A stretch of DNA of 64,000 nt, from positions 12,322 to 76,321 of the forward strand of contig NZ_DASVSY010000065.1 in NCBI RefSeq assembly GCF_036387835.1, in the 5' to 3' direction. The notes beneath the pieces were generated by a model. It saw only the letters and a program-made list of their open reading frames with translations. It did not search any database and had not been told where the DNA came from. The first letter of the stretch is position 1. Each line of letters starts with the position of its first letter. Below are positions 8,834-17,894 of the stretch, piece after piece. The DNA is from Hymenobacter sp. Lineage in GTDB: Bacteria; Bacteroidota; Bacteroidia; Cytophagales; Hymenobacteraceae. The position numbers and the translations under genes were made by a program.

Positions 8834-11413
8834 ATGCCGATGCATTCATTGAAAAAGAACTACTTGTGGGTGCTGCTCTGCCTGCTGTTTTACTCCAACG
8901 CCATGGCCGAACAGCCCATTCAACTACCCGGTAAGTGGGAATTCCACAAGGCCGGTGACAGCAAATGGGGCGCGGCCACCGTGCCCGGCACCGTACACAC
9001 TGACCTGTTGGCCACCAAGCAGATCCAAGACCCCTTCTACCGCGTCAACGAGAAAGAGCAGCAGTGGATCGGCAAAACCGATTGGGAATACAGAACCACG
9101 TTTGCCGTTGATGCCAACCAACTCAAAAACGACAAGCTATACCTGGTTTTCGAAGGCCTCGACACCTACGCCGACGTGTACGTGAACGACGTGAAGGTGC
9201 TGGTGGCCGACAACATGTTTCGGCAGTGGAAAAAGGACGTGAAGCCGCAGCTTAAAGCCGGCAACAACGCCTTGCGGGTGTACTTCCACGCGCCCATGGT
9301 GAAGGGCGAAGAGCTGTTCAAGAGCCTACCATTCCAGGTGCCCGCCAGTGACAACGACCAGGCCGGGCCCGGCGAAAACAAAGTGAGCGTGTTCACCCGC
9401 AAGGCCGGCTACCACTACGGCTGGGACTGGGGCCCGCGCCTGGTTACTTCCGGCATCTGGCGCCCCGTGTACCTAGTGCCCATGACCGGAGCACACATTC
9501 AGGACCTGTTCATCAAGCAAAGAAAACTCACCCCCGAGCAGGCCGACCTGGAAGCCCAATTGGAAGTGGAAAGCCTGACGGCCGGTTCCAAGCAGCTGGA
9601 AGTAACCGTGGACGGTTCCAGCACGCCGGTTTATTCGAAGCCGGTGTTCCTCGACAAAGGCGTGAACCACTTGGTATGCAGCTTCGTGCTGCCCAACCCC
9701 GAGCTGTGGTGGCCCAACGGCTATGGCGCCCAAAAGCTTTACACGTTCCGGGCAGTACTGAAAGACGGCTCGAAAACGCTGACTGACAAGCAGGTTCGCC
9801 GCGGTATGCGGACGGTGGAAGTGGTGCAGGAGACGGGCCCGAAAGCCAACTCGTTCTACTTTCTGGTGAACGGCGTGAAGATGTTCATGAAAGGCGCCAA
9901 CTACATTCCGCAGGACAACTTCCTGCCCCGCGTCAACAAGGCCCGCTACGAGCACGTCATCAACACGGCCGTCACCAGCAACATGAACATGCTGCGGGTG
10001 TGGGGCGGCGGCATCTACGAAAACGACCTGTTCTACGACCTCTGCGACGAGAAAGGCATCATGATCTGGCAAGACTTCATGTTTGCCTGCGCCATGGTTC
10101 CCCCACTGGAAAACCACAAGCAGAACATCTACGAGGAAGCCGTAGAAAACGTGAAGCGCCTGCGCAACCACCCGGCCATTGCCATGTGGTGCGGCAACAA
10201 CGAAATAGCGGCCTACATGGGCTCCAACTATTGGGGTACGGCCAAGAACGCCTTCCGCAACCGGCAAGACTCTATGACCATCGTCAACACCTACAAGGAG
10301 GTGTTTCACAGCATCCTGCCGGCCGTGGTAAAAGGCTACGACGACGAGAAGTTCTACTGGTCAACCTCGCCGCAGCCCACTAACTGGTCGCACACCAACC
10401 GCGACATCCGCACCTCCGGCGACGTGCACTACTGGGAAGTATGGGGTGGCAAGAAGCCTATCGAACTCTACCTGAAGAACATCGGGCCGTTCATGAGCGA
10501 GTACGGCTTCCAGTCGTTCCCCGATATGCAAACCATCAAGGGTTTTGCCACGCCGCAGGACTACGACATCAACTCCGAGATTATGAAGTCGCACCAGCGC
10601 TCCTACGTGGGCAACGGCGCTATTCTGCAGTACATGGAGGCTTGGTACAAGGTCCCGAAGGCCTTCCCTAATTTCCTGTACACCGGCCAGGTGCTTCAGG
10701 CCGAAGCCATCAAGCTCGCTATCGAGGCGCACCGCCGGGCCAGGCCCTATTGCATGGGCTCATTGTACTGGCAAATCGACGACTGCTGGCCTGCGGCCTC
10801 GTGGTCGAGCATGGACTACAACGGCTACTGGAAAGCGCAGCAGTACGAGTCGAAGCGCGCTTTCGAGGCCATGCTGGTTTCCCCGATTGTCACCAATGAT
10901 TCCGTGCAGGTGTTTGTGGTATCCGACCAGCTAAAACCCATGGATGCCCAACTGCAAATCCGGTTGCTGGACTTCAGCGGCAAGGTGCTCAACGAAAGCA
11001 AAGTAAGCGTGAACGTGCCAGCCAACACCAGCACCAACGTGCACCGGGTAGCCGTGAAAGATTTGCTGAAAGGCGCCGACCGCAACAGCGTTATGCTGGA
11101 CGTAACCCTACTTGGTCAAAACCAGGAAGTGGCGCAAAACTGCCTGTACTTCGAGTTGCCCAAGAACCTGAAGCTTAACAAGGCTGCCATCAACTACACG
11201 CTCACCAAGGAGAAAGACCAGTACGTGCTCAAACTCAAGAGCACTCAACTGGCCAAAAATCTGCGCGTGTCGGCCGGTGACGATGCCATCATCTTCTCGG
11301 ATAACTACTTCGACCTGATTCCGGGCAAAGAGAAAACTGTGACTTTCCGGTCCGGCAAAGCCCTGAAGAAAAGCGGCATCACCTTTATGAGCATCAACGA
11401 GGCGGCTCTTTAG
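8834..11413 (+). CDS. glycoside hydrolase family 2 beta-mannosidase, secreted
   Basis: 859 aa with a signal peptide (LLFYSNAMA). GYHYGWDWGPRLVTSGIWRPVYL, MLRVWGGGIYE, WQDFMFACA and WCGNNE are characteristic of GH2 beta-mannosidases. Confidence 0.85.
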   Translation: MPMHSLKKNYLWVLLCLLFYSNAMAEQPIQLPGKWEFHKAGDSKWGAATVPGTVHTDLLATKQIQDPFYRVNEKEQQWIGKTDWEYRTTFAVDANQLKNDKLYLVFEGLDTYADVYVNDVKVLVADNMFRQWKKDVKPQLKAGNNALRVYFHAPMVKGEELFKSLPFQVPASDNDQAGPGENKVSVFTRKAGYHYGWDWGPRLVTSGIWRPVYLVPMTGAHIQDLFIKQRKLTPEQADLEAQLEVESLTAGSKQLEVTVDGSSTPVYSKPVFLDKGVNHLVCSFVLPNPELWWPNGYGAQKLYTFRAVLKDGSKTLTDKQVRRGMRTVEVVQETGPKANSFYFLVNGVKMFMKGANYIPQDNFLPRVNKARYEHVINTAVTSNMNMLRVWGGGIYENDLFYDLCDEKGIMIWQDFMFACAMVPPLENHKQNIYEEAVENVKRLRNHPAIAMWCGNNEIAAYMGSNYWGTAKNAFRNRQDSMTIVNTYKEVFHSILPAVVKGYDDEKFYWSTSPQPTNWSHTNRDIRTSGDVHYWEVWGGKKPIELYLKNIGPFMSEYGFQSFPDMQTIKGFATPQDYDINSEIMKSHQRSYVGNGAILQYMEAWYKVPKAFPNFLYTGQVLQAEAIKLAIEAHRRARPYCMGSLYWQIDDCWPAASWSSMDYNGYWKAQQYESKRAFEAMLVSPIVTNDSVQVFVVSDQLKPMDAQLQIRLLDFSGKVLNESKVSVNVPANTSTNVHRVAVKDLLKGADRNSVMLDVTLLGQNQEVAQNCLYFELPKNLKLNKAAINYTLTKEKDQYVLKLKSTQLAKNLRVSAGDDAIIFSDNYFDLIPGKEKTVTFRSGKALKKSGITFMSINEAAL

Positions 11414-11432
11414 TAGCTACTTTAACTGACTT

Positions 11433-11505
11433 ACCGCCTGCGCTAATGCAACAAGAGCCTCGTCGTACGACGAGGCTCTTGTTGCATTAGCGCAGGCGGT
11501 TTTTG
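11433..11505 (+). terminator. rho-independent terminator: 68-nt perfect palindrome plus T5
   Basis: ACCGCCTGCGCTAATGCAACAAGAGCCTCGTCG TA CGACGAGGCTCTTGTTGCATTAGCGCAGGCGGT is followed by TTTTT and begins 20 nt after the GH2 stop. Confidence 0.8.
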
Positions 11506-11698
11506 GTGTAGCTCTAACCTGATTTCATGATTATGGTATTTACATCAGCACTATGCAGCTAAAAAGTAGCAATGTGGATCTGGCCTAGAAGTATTGTGTT
11601 GAAATAAAATTAATAAATATTACTTGATACCTGTATTATACACAGTTATTCATTAATTTTATGCTATATAAATTTCTGCCTCTCTCAACTTCTCACCT

Positions 11699-11926
11699 AT
11701 GCAGTTCTTTAAAAGCTTACTGTTAAGCTTAACCGCTTATTTTATTCCTACTGATCCTATTCCGCCCTATCCTCATGAGTCGTGGAGTGATTTGCCACAC
11801 GAGCATTGGCCCGCCGGGTATGACCCTGAGTCCGATTCGTTTTTAAGGGTTGAGTCCAACCGCTATCCTTATCCCCACCAAGAATCGAGTGTCTCGCAGC
11901 CAACCAACGCGCTGTTGGCATGCTAG
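11699..11926 (+). CDS. hypothetical small secreted protein
   Basis: 75-aa ORF with an ATG start and a hydrophobic N-terminus, preceded by a very AT-rich stretch (11510-11700). The Pro/His/Tyr/Glu-rich sequence matches no family I recognise. Confidence 0.25.
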   Translation: MQFFKSLLLSLTAYFIPTDPIPPYPHESWSDLPHEHWPAGYDPESDSFLRVESNRYPYPHQESSVSQPTNALLAC

Positions 11927-11995
11927 ACCAGAGGGAACCAGCATGTTAACTCCACAATATTAGCTCTTGGACAACAGATTTTGGAAGGTAGTCAA

Positions 11996-13185
11996 CTAGC
12001 CGACTAGCAACTGAGAGGGCTCGTTGTGGATTTTCAGAATCAACTCCTCAAACAGCGTATTAGCCCAGGCAAACCACTTGCCCGAGAACTTAGCTGGGTC
12101 GTCCTGGTCGAAGCTTTCGTGCATGAAACCGGTGCCAGCATGGGTGGTACGCAGCCACGTGAGGCACTGCTGAATTTCGGCGGCATCGGTACTGGTAAGG
12201 GCCCGCAGAATAATACCCATGGGCCAGATAGTGCCAGCCCCGGTGTGCGGCCCTCCGATACCGTTGGCGGCTTTTCCTTGGCAAAACCAGGGGTTGTCGG
12301 CACTCAGGGCGAAGTGGCGGGAGCCTGGTACACCGGGTCTTGCACCGGCACGGCGCCTAGGTAAGGCAGGGACAACAAGCTAGGCACGTTGGCATCGTCC
12401 ATGAACAGCTGATTGCCATAGCCGCCTACTTCGTAGGCGTAGAGGCGGCCGTGGGTGAGGTGCTCGGTTTGGGCGTACTGACGAATGGCGGCTTCTACTT
12501 CCTGCGCCAGGGCGGTGCATTCGGTGGCAAAAGCGGCGTCGAGCTTGAGTGCTGTCCAGAGTGCGGTTAACCGGCGCTGGCTACGGCAAATAGGTTGCTC
12601 GGGGTAAAGTAGGCGTAAACCGTGGCATCGTCGGAGGGCCGGAACATCGAGCAGATCAGGCCACCGGTCGGACGGGGTTGCCGTAGCCGCCGGCCAGAGT
12701 GTCGCTTTGCCACTCGGTGCGGCGCCCGAAGTGGTACGGGCCGCGGCCGGTTTTGCGCCGCTACTCTTTGAAGGTGGCCACCATGAGGCAGGCCGCCTGT
12801 TGCCACTCAGCATCGAAGGGCGTTAGGTCATCGGTGGTTTGCCAGTAGCCGTGGGCCAGGCACAAGCAGTAGCAGAGTGAGTCCACTTCCCACTTGCGCT
12901 CGTGCACGCCGGGCTTCATGTCGGTGCTGTCGTCTTTCCACTCGCTGACTTTACTGGCGTCGGCGTAGAAAGCGTTGGCGTAGGGATCGAGCAATACGCA
13001 GCTGGTTTGGCGGTGAATGACGCCGGCCAGCAGAGTTTGCAACTTTTTATCTTGCCTGGCCAGCGGCAGATAGGTCCACACTTGCGCCGAAGAGTCGCGC
13101 AGCCACTGTGCAAGCACTTACTAGTTGCTGGTAAAATAGGCCCATTGGGGCGAGCAAGCATCTGCCAGCAGCAGCTAGAGCTTAG
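11996..13185 (-). pseudogene. glycoside hydrolase family 125 (exo-alpha-1,6-mannosidase) pseudogene
   Basis: GH125-like blocks are spread over at least four frames. They are AQWLRDSSAQVW and HERKWEVDSLCY (ORF 12761-13117), GLICSMFRPSDDATVYAYFTPSNLFAV (12567-12806), YEVGGYGNQLFMDDANVPSLLSLPYLG (12304-12813) and FMHESFDQDDPAKFSGKWFAWANTLF (11996-12220). Tandem in-frame stops TAG TAA (13118-13123) lie immediately upstream of AQWLRDS. The N-terminal/signal region is missing. Confidence 0.8.
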
Positions 13186-13233
13186 TTCTACCTAATTTAT
13201 TCAATAAACACCGCCCGCTTTAAAGAAATAACA

Positions 13234-15705
13234 GTGAGGCTATTTACCTTATCAGATGCCGGTTTTCCTGCACCAGCGGCGGGCATCCGTTTAGTTAAAT
13301 TTGCCTTGCTTGTCAATCATCAAACTCCATCTCCTGCCCTACGCTCTTCACTTGTGCAACCCACTCCTATTCTACCTTCCTACGTGCAGCGTTTACAAAC
13401 CGCCTCCTCGTGGTGGAGAATTGCCATCCAGTTGGAGCTGCTGTTTTTGCTTTTCCAACTCCTGCTTTCAACAAGCGCTTGCTCGAAGCTAGAGGCCCTG
13501 CTGGCCAAGAGCTTCCAACCTGACCAACCGGCTGTGCTCTCGGGTCCACCCGCGCCCCCGCCGGGCCCCTACCAATGGGCGGGCGTCATTGGGACTACCA
13601 GCGACAATTTCTCGGTGAACCCGTGGCGGGGTCTCTCGTTTGTTCGATCTGTGGCGTATGGCCCGGCGGGCGGCATTGTGGGCGTGGGTTATGGCGAAAC
13701 AGCTGAAAACGTGTGCACTTTCACCGATCAAACCCGGAACGCGCGGGTGGCGCTGGCCAATAACATGCTATCCGTAGTCGACCATGTCGACACCGATGGT
13801 ACCCTGTACTACATCGCCAGCAACAACAACGGCTGGGACAAGAACAACTCGGTGTACGTGGTGGCCCGCCGCTGCTCAGACCGGGAATTGCAGCCTTTCC
13901 CACGAGGAGTACGAGCCAATTTTGCCGGCGACAAGGCCCACGACAATGACGCCGGCTACGATGGGGCCATTAGCCTAACGCAGAAAATTGGGGGCTGGGA
14001 CCCTGCCGTTGTGAGTGCTCAGCACATCAGCGGCATGCGCGTAGAACGAGGAAATAGCCTGCTGGCGGTATGCCGCAAAAACCAAAGCACGGTTCAGTTC
14101 TACCACAAAACCAGTGGTGCCCTGCTCTCGACCCTGCGCCTGCCCGCGCCGGAAAAGTGCGTTTTCTCCCCGTCCGGCGACTTTTGGGTGATAACTGAGC
14201 GTACCGTAAGGCGCTACGTTAACCGCAGTACCCGCGCTACTCCGGCCTTCGAACTACAAACTACTATCACCGGCTTGCAAGAACCAGTAGCTCTCGCCAT
14301 GCGGCCCAATGGTACACTATTGGTGCAAGACGGGGGCAATCATCAGCAGGTGAAAGAATTCCAAGCCAATGGCCAACCTGTGGGCGTGTTCCCGAAAACA
14401 CCTGGCGGCAACAAGCTAAGCCCTGATGTTACGCTGTCGAGCTTTTTATTTGTGAACCGTGAAAGTCTAGGAACCCAGAATCCAGGCGGCAGCGATTATG
14501 ATAAGCCCCTCGGCTCCCTCGATGTTGCTCCCGACGGTTCAATCTGGCTGCTTGATGCCGGCAACTACCGCGTCATGCACTTCAGCCCGACCTGGAAGTA
14601 TCTGGGGCAGTTCGGCTGGCTGCCCTGCCACTACAAAATCGCCGTCGACCCCAACAACATCAAACGCGTGCACTCCGACTACATGGAGCTGGAAGTGGAC
14701 TGGACGCGCCCCATCCGGGGAGGCGACCAAACTCAGCTAGCTCACCCCACCTGGATCCTAAAAAAGAACTGGACCGCGCAGCTTAGCCGCACGCTCAGCC
14801 CGTTCCTGCACGTGGTAACCTATACCAGCAAGGGCGTGAAGCGCACCTTTGCCCAGTGCCACGACTCGGATTTCAACAAACAGGGCTGGCAAACCGAAAT
14901 TGTGGAACTCCCCCCTGCTGGCGTGGCGCGGCGCACCGGCATCCACATCGATTACGGCCCGAATACCGGTCGCAATAAGATCTTGTATCCCGAAGGCATC
15001 CGTTGGTGGGAAATTACCGACGACGGCGCTGGCAACAAGCGGCAATGTGGCTACTTTCAGCCCTTTGCAGGCTTTGACCGCCGCAACAACCCTGTGTTTG
15101 GGCCAGTACAGAAAAAAGTGGATTTCATAGCGCAGCAAGCCAAGCAAAACAACAAACCGCTTAGCTACGGCGGCTGGAACCAGCAGGATGAGTGCCCGGT
15201 AACGGCTGATGGCACCTGGATCAGCTTTCGAGCTCCCCAAATGAAAGTGGGCGCTTTCCAATTGGGCGGCATCAAGCCCGGGCAAACCCGGTGGGCTTGG
15301 CTGGCCTTGCCCAACAAGCTGATGACCAACAGCCAACAAATGGTAACGGGATTCTATCCGGCGGAAGGTTCGGGGTCTGATTTCGGTGGGCACGCCGGGG
15401 TAGCGGTACACGCCGTGGGAAAATACGTGGTGTGTAGCTACGACGGCCAGAACGGCTTTTTCTCCAACCAACATTGGCTGTATCGGCAGGACGGCAAGTA
15501 CCTAGGGCAGTACGGACGCCCCAGCCGCGACCAGCCCGAGTTTACGGCCCTAAATGCCGCTCCTACTGGTTACGCCAACAACACCGGCTACAGCTGCCTG
15601 CTACAATCTGGCCCCACGCTGTTCGAACTCACCACCGACGAAGCTTACTTTGGTGGTATTCACGTTCACCGGCTTGAGGTGCCCGCTCAGAAGTTGAAGC
15701 AGTAG
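13234..15705 (+). CDS. hypothetical protein with NHL-like beta-propeller repeats; start uncertain
   Basis: 823-aa ORF opening at GTG, with no internal Met for ~170 codons. A possible lipoprotein-like segment is LLFLLFQLLLSTSAC. Two NHL-repeat-like segments are PVALAMRPNGTLLVQDGGNHQQVKEF and GSIWLLDAGNYRVMHFSPTWKYLGQFG. I recognise no catalytic family. Confidence 0.6.
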   Translation: MRLFTLSDAGFPAPAAGIRLVKFALLVNHQTPSPALRSSLVQPTPILPSYVQRLQTASSWWRIAIQLELLFLLFQLLLSTSACSKLEALLAKSFQPDQPAVLSGPPAPPPGPYQWAGVIGTTSDNFSVNPWRGLSFVRSVAYGPAGGIVGVGYGETAENVCTFTDQTRNARVALANNMLSVVDHVDTDGTLYYIASNNNGWDKNNSVYVVARRCSDRELQPFPRGVRANFAGDKAHDNDAGYDGAISLTQKIGGWDPAVVSAQHISGMRVERGNSLLAVCRKNQSTVQFYHKTSGALLSTLRLPAPEKCVFSPSGDFWVITERTVRRYVNRSTRATPAFELQTTITGLQEPVALAMRPNGTLLVQDGGNHQQVKEFQANGQPVGVFPKTPGGNKLSPDVTLSSFLFVNRESLGTQNPGGSDYDKPLGSLDVAPDGSIWLLDAGNYRVMHFSPTWKYLGQFGWLPCHYKIAVDPNNIKRVHSDYMELEVDWTRPIRGGDQTQLAHPTWILKKNWTAQLSRTLSPFLHVVTYTSKGVKRTFAQCHDSDFNKQGWQTEIVELPPAGVARRTGIHIDYGPNTGRNKILYPEGIRWWEITDDGAGNKRQCGYFQPFAGFDRRNNPVFGPVQKKVDFIAQQAKQNNKPLSYGGWNQQDECPVTADGTWISFRAPQMKVGAFQLGGIKPGQTRWAWLALPNKLMTNSQQMVTGFYPAEGSGSDFGGHAGVAVHAVGKYVVCSYDGQNGFFSNQHWLYRQDGKYLGQYGRPSRDQPEFTALNAAPTGYANNTGYSCLLQSGPTLFELTTDEAYFGGIHVHRLEVPAQKLKQ

Positions 15706-15838
15706 GCGTGGGTACAATTCGCGTATCGAGGGCCAGTCTGCTCGCCTGCGCACAGCAAGGCCTTTGAAAAGAGGTGGCACAACTATTTCCGGGCGGGTGA
15801 GTAGGCATAGAAATCCTACCCACTTTGAGGTGGTCTGA

Positions 15839-16738
15839 TTACGCTGGACAGTTTAGGGTACTAAGTGGAAGAAGCTGTTGATGAGTGTGATACGGCGTCT
15901 GGTAACCAATACTGGAGTGCAGGCGCTCGTAATTATAGTAATCAAAATAGTCGGCGACGCTGCGTTGAGCGTCGGCTAGGTCGGCAAAAACGGGCCGCTC
16001 GCGGACTTCGAGCACTTCGGTTTTGAGGCGGGACCATAGGCTTTCGGCCTGCGCATTATCATAGCAGTCGCCGCGGCGGCTCTGTGAGCGCACGGCCTGG
16101 TGGTCGCGTAGCAGTTGCCGGTAAGCGTTGCCGCAATACTGCCCACCGCGGTCGGAGTGCACGAGCAGGCCTGGAGTAGGCGGTTGCGCCCAAAAAGCGC
16201 GCTGCAAAGCCGTGGTAATCAGTTCCTCGGGCATCGCAGCGCCCACTTGCCAGCCCAGCACCTGCTTGCTGGCCACGTCCTGAAAAGCGCACAGATAGGC
16301 CCAGCCGCCGTTGGCCAACGGCAGATACGTAATATCGCTGACCCAGACCTGATTGGCCTGCGTCGGCTTGGGCTGGTGGAGCAGCCGGTTGGGCGCGCAG
16401 CGCCGTCCGTGGGTCGAGTCGGTGGTGCGCGGGGTAAAGGCCTTGGGTTGCAGCGCGTGCAGACCTCGGCGACGCATGGCCGCGCGCAGGCGCTGGCGCC
16501 CGACGTGGTAGCCCTTGCGGCGCAAAGCGACCTGCAGCCGGCGCGTGCCGTAGCGGCGCTTATGCCGGCCGAAGACCTTGACCAGCGCCTCTTCCCAAGC
16601 AGGCGCCTTCTCGCTACCAGCTTGCTCTTGAGTTTGTTGCCACGCATAATAACCGCTGGCTGGCACCGCCACCACCTGGCAAAGCAAGCGCACAGGATAC
16701 TGACTCCGCTGCGCTTCGATAAAGCGATAACGGCTCAT
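15839..16738 (-). CDS. IS3-family transposase OrfB (DDE integrase core)
   Basis: 299 aa. WVSDITYL, HSDRGGQYCG and YDNAQAESLWSRLKTE are the D, D and E regions of rve-type transposases. Confidence 0.9.
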   Translation of the reverse strand: MSRYRFIEAQRSQYPVRLLCQVVAVPASGYYAWQQTQEQAGSEKAPAWEEALVKVFGRHKRRYGTRRLQVALRRKGYHVGRQRLRAAMRRRGLHALQPKAFTPRTTDSTHGRRCAPNRLLHQPKPTQANQVWVSDITYLPLANGGWAYLCAFQDVASKQVLGWQVGAAMPEELITTALQRAFWAQPPTPGLLVHSDRGGQYCGNAYRQLLRDHQAVRSQSRRGDCYDNAQAESLWSRLKTEVLEVRERPVFADLADAQRSVADYFDYYNYERLHSSIGYQTPYHTHQQLLPLSTLNCPA

Positions 16739-16765
16739 TGGTTGTCGGTCACGGAGAGCCTGCGC

Positions 16766-17062
16766 TTACAGCAGGCAACTGGCAATGGCTTTTTTTAAAA
16801 TCTCCAGTTCCTGCGCTTGCCGCCGATTGGTGGCCCGCAACTGGCGCAATTCAGCCGCTGTTGCCGGGTCCAACTCCGCTCCACGGGCGGCCGCTACGGG
16901 GGTAAGCGCCTCTTTTTGCCACTTGTAGAGTAGCTTGACATTAATGTTCAACGCCCGGGCGGCAGCTTGGGTCGAGCGGCTTTCACCGGCTAGCCGCAAG
17001 GCCTCGGCCCGAAAGGCGGCGTCATAACGCCGGCGTTTAATAGGTTGAGGGCTGTCTTTCAT
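16766..17062 (-). CDS. IS3-family transposase OrfA (HTH)
   Basis: MKDSPQPIKRRRYDAAFRAEALRLAGESRSTQAAARALNINVKLLYKWQKE plus a leucine-zipper-like tail LRQLRATNRRQAQELEILKKA. The track ORF extends to 17095, but the ATG at 17062 fits typical OrfA starts. Confidence 0.8.
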   Translation of the reverse strand: MKDSPQPIKRRRYDAAFRAEALRLAGESRSTQAAARALNINVKLLYKWQKEALTPVAAARGAELDPATAAELRQLRATNRRQAQELEILKKAIASCLL

Positions 17063-17137
17063 GACGTTCGAAAGATAAGACCCTATTCTGTCCACTTTTA
17101 CCCGACCACCTCACTTCACCCTCCCAAGCCTCTTCCT

Positions 17138-17812
17138 ATGCCGCGTCTTCCCTCCTCTCCGCAGTACTATTTGTCGTTGTTCATCATGGGCTTGGTATTC
17201 CTGTTAGGGTTGGGCTCTTGCGGTATCAGCGAACAGGCGCAACAGGCCAAAGCCTTCAAGGACGCTGATATTCGTCTCGCTTCCATAGAACAGGCCACTG
17301 TGGCGGGCATCAACGTGCTTCGGATCCGCAAAATTAGTGACTTAAGCACGCTAGATCAAGCTCGTCTGGCGGCGGCCTACGCAGCCGGCAATGTGCCGCT
17401 GCGCATGCTTGTAAACCTGGAAATCCGCAACCCCAACGACGAAATGGCCGCCCTCAATGGCCTAGACTATATTGCCCTAATTGATGGCAAGCAGATAGCC
17501 ACGGGGCGGACCACCCAGCGCATTGAAGTTGGCCCCAACGGTGGCGTGGCCTTGGCTCCGGTTACGCTGGAAAGCAACCTGCGAGATGCATTGGCAAACC
17601 AATCGGGCGAGAGCTTGTCCAACTTTGTTATGGGCTTGTCCAACGGCAGTCAGGAAGCCCTGCACTTAACGCTACGCCTTAAGCCAACCTTCGTCACCAG
17701 CGGTGGACGCTCTATTACCCCACCCGGTTACATAAATGTCACCAAAGATTTCACGGCTCGGCAGGTGATCAATGCTGTTGATAAGCAAGACACGCTTAAA
17801 ACCCGCCCCTGA
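17138..17812 (+). CDS. LEA type-2 (LEA14-like) family lipoprotein
   Basis: The ATG at 17138 lies just outside the IS end; the track ORF start at 17045 lies inside the IS. The signal/lipobox is FLLGLGSC. LVNLEIRNPNDEMAALNGLDYIALIDGKQIATG matches the LEA_2 pattern (NPN ... l.y.l..g..ia.G). Confidence 0.6.
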   Translation: MPRLPSSPQYYLSLFIMGLVFLLGLGSCGISEQAQQAKAFKDADIRLASIEQATVAGINVLRIRKISDLSTLDQARLAAAYAAGNVPLRMLVNLEIRNPNDEMAALNGLDYIALIDGKQIATGRTTQRIEVGPNGGVALAPVTLESNLRDALANQSGESLSNFVMGLSNGSQEALHLTLRLKPTFVTSGGRSITPPGYINVTKDFTARQVINAVDKQDTLKTRP

Positions 17813-17894
17813 CTTTTACCTGCGTAAGCGGCTTCTTACCTCACGCGGTAACGAAAACAAACCCATCAACACCTGACGAGGAACGTGTCTTGTC

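Larger units (their letters stand above)
15826..17113 (-). mobile_element. IS3-family insertion sequence (1288 bp) with imperfect terminal IRs and a 3-bp target-site duplication
   Basis: The left end is TGAGGTGGTCTGATTACGCTGGACAGTTTAGGGT. The reverse complement of the right end is TGAGGTGGTCGGGTAAAAGTGGACAGAATAGGGT. CTT flanks both ends (15823-15825 and 17114-17116). It contains orfA and a DDE orfB. Confidence 0.85.

Noticed and set aside
9473-10309. 278-aa ORF antisense to the GH2 beta-mannosidase gene
   Set aside because: Antisense artefact. The sense strand is clearly coding.
16790-16796. A7 run as a functional -1 programmed frameshift site producing OrfAB
   Set aside because: The -1 frame terminates after 13 codons, and orfB is in frame 0 with orfA. 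The canonical mechanism cannot join the two ORFs in this copy (see the finding on this element).
16115-16798. 227-aa plus-strand ORF inside the IS3 element
   Set aside because: It is antisense to the DDE transposase and has no family resemblance.
17045-17137. N-terminal extension of the LEA_2 ORF given in the track
   Set aside because: The extension lies within the IS3 terminal repeat. The ATG at 17138 gives a proper lipoprotein signal peptide.
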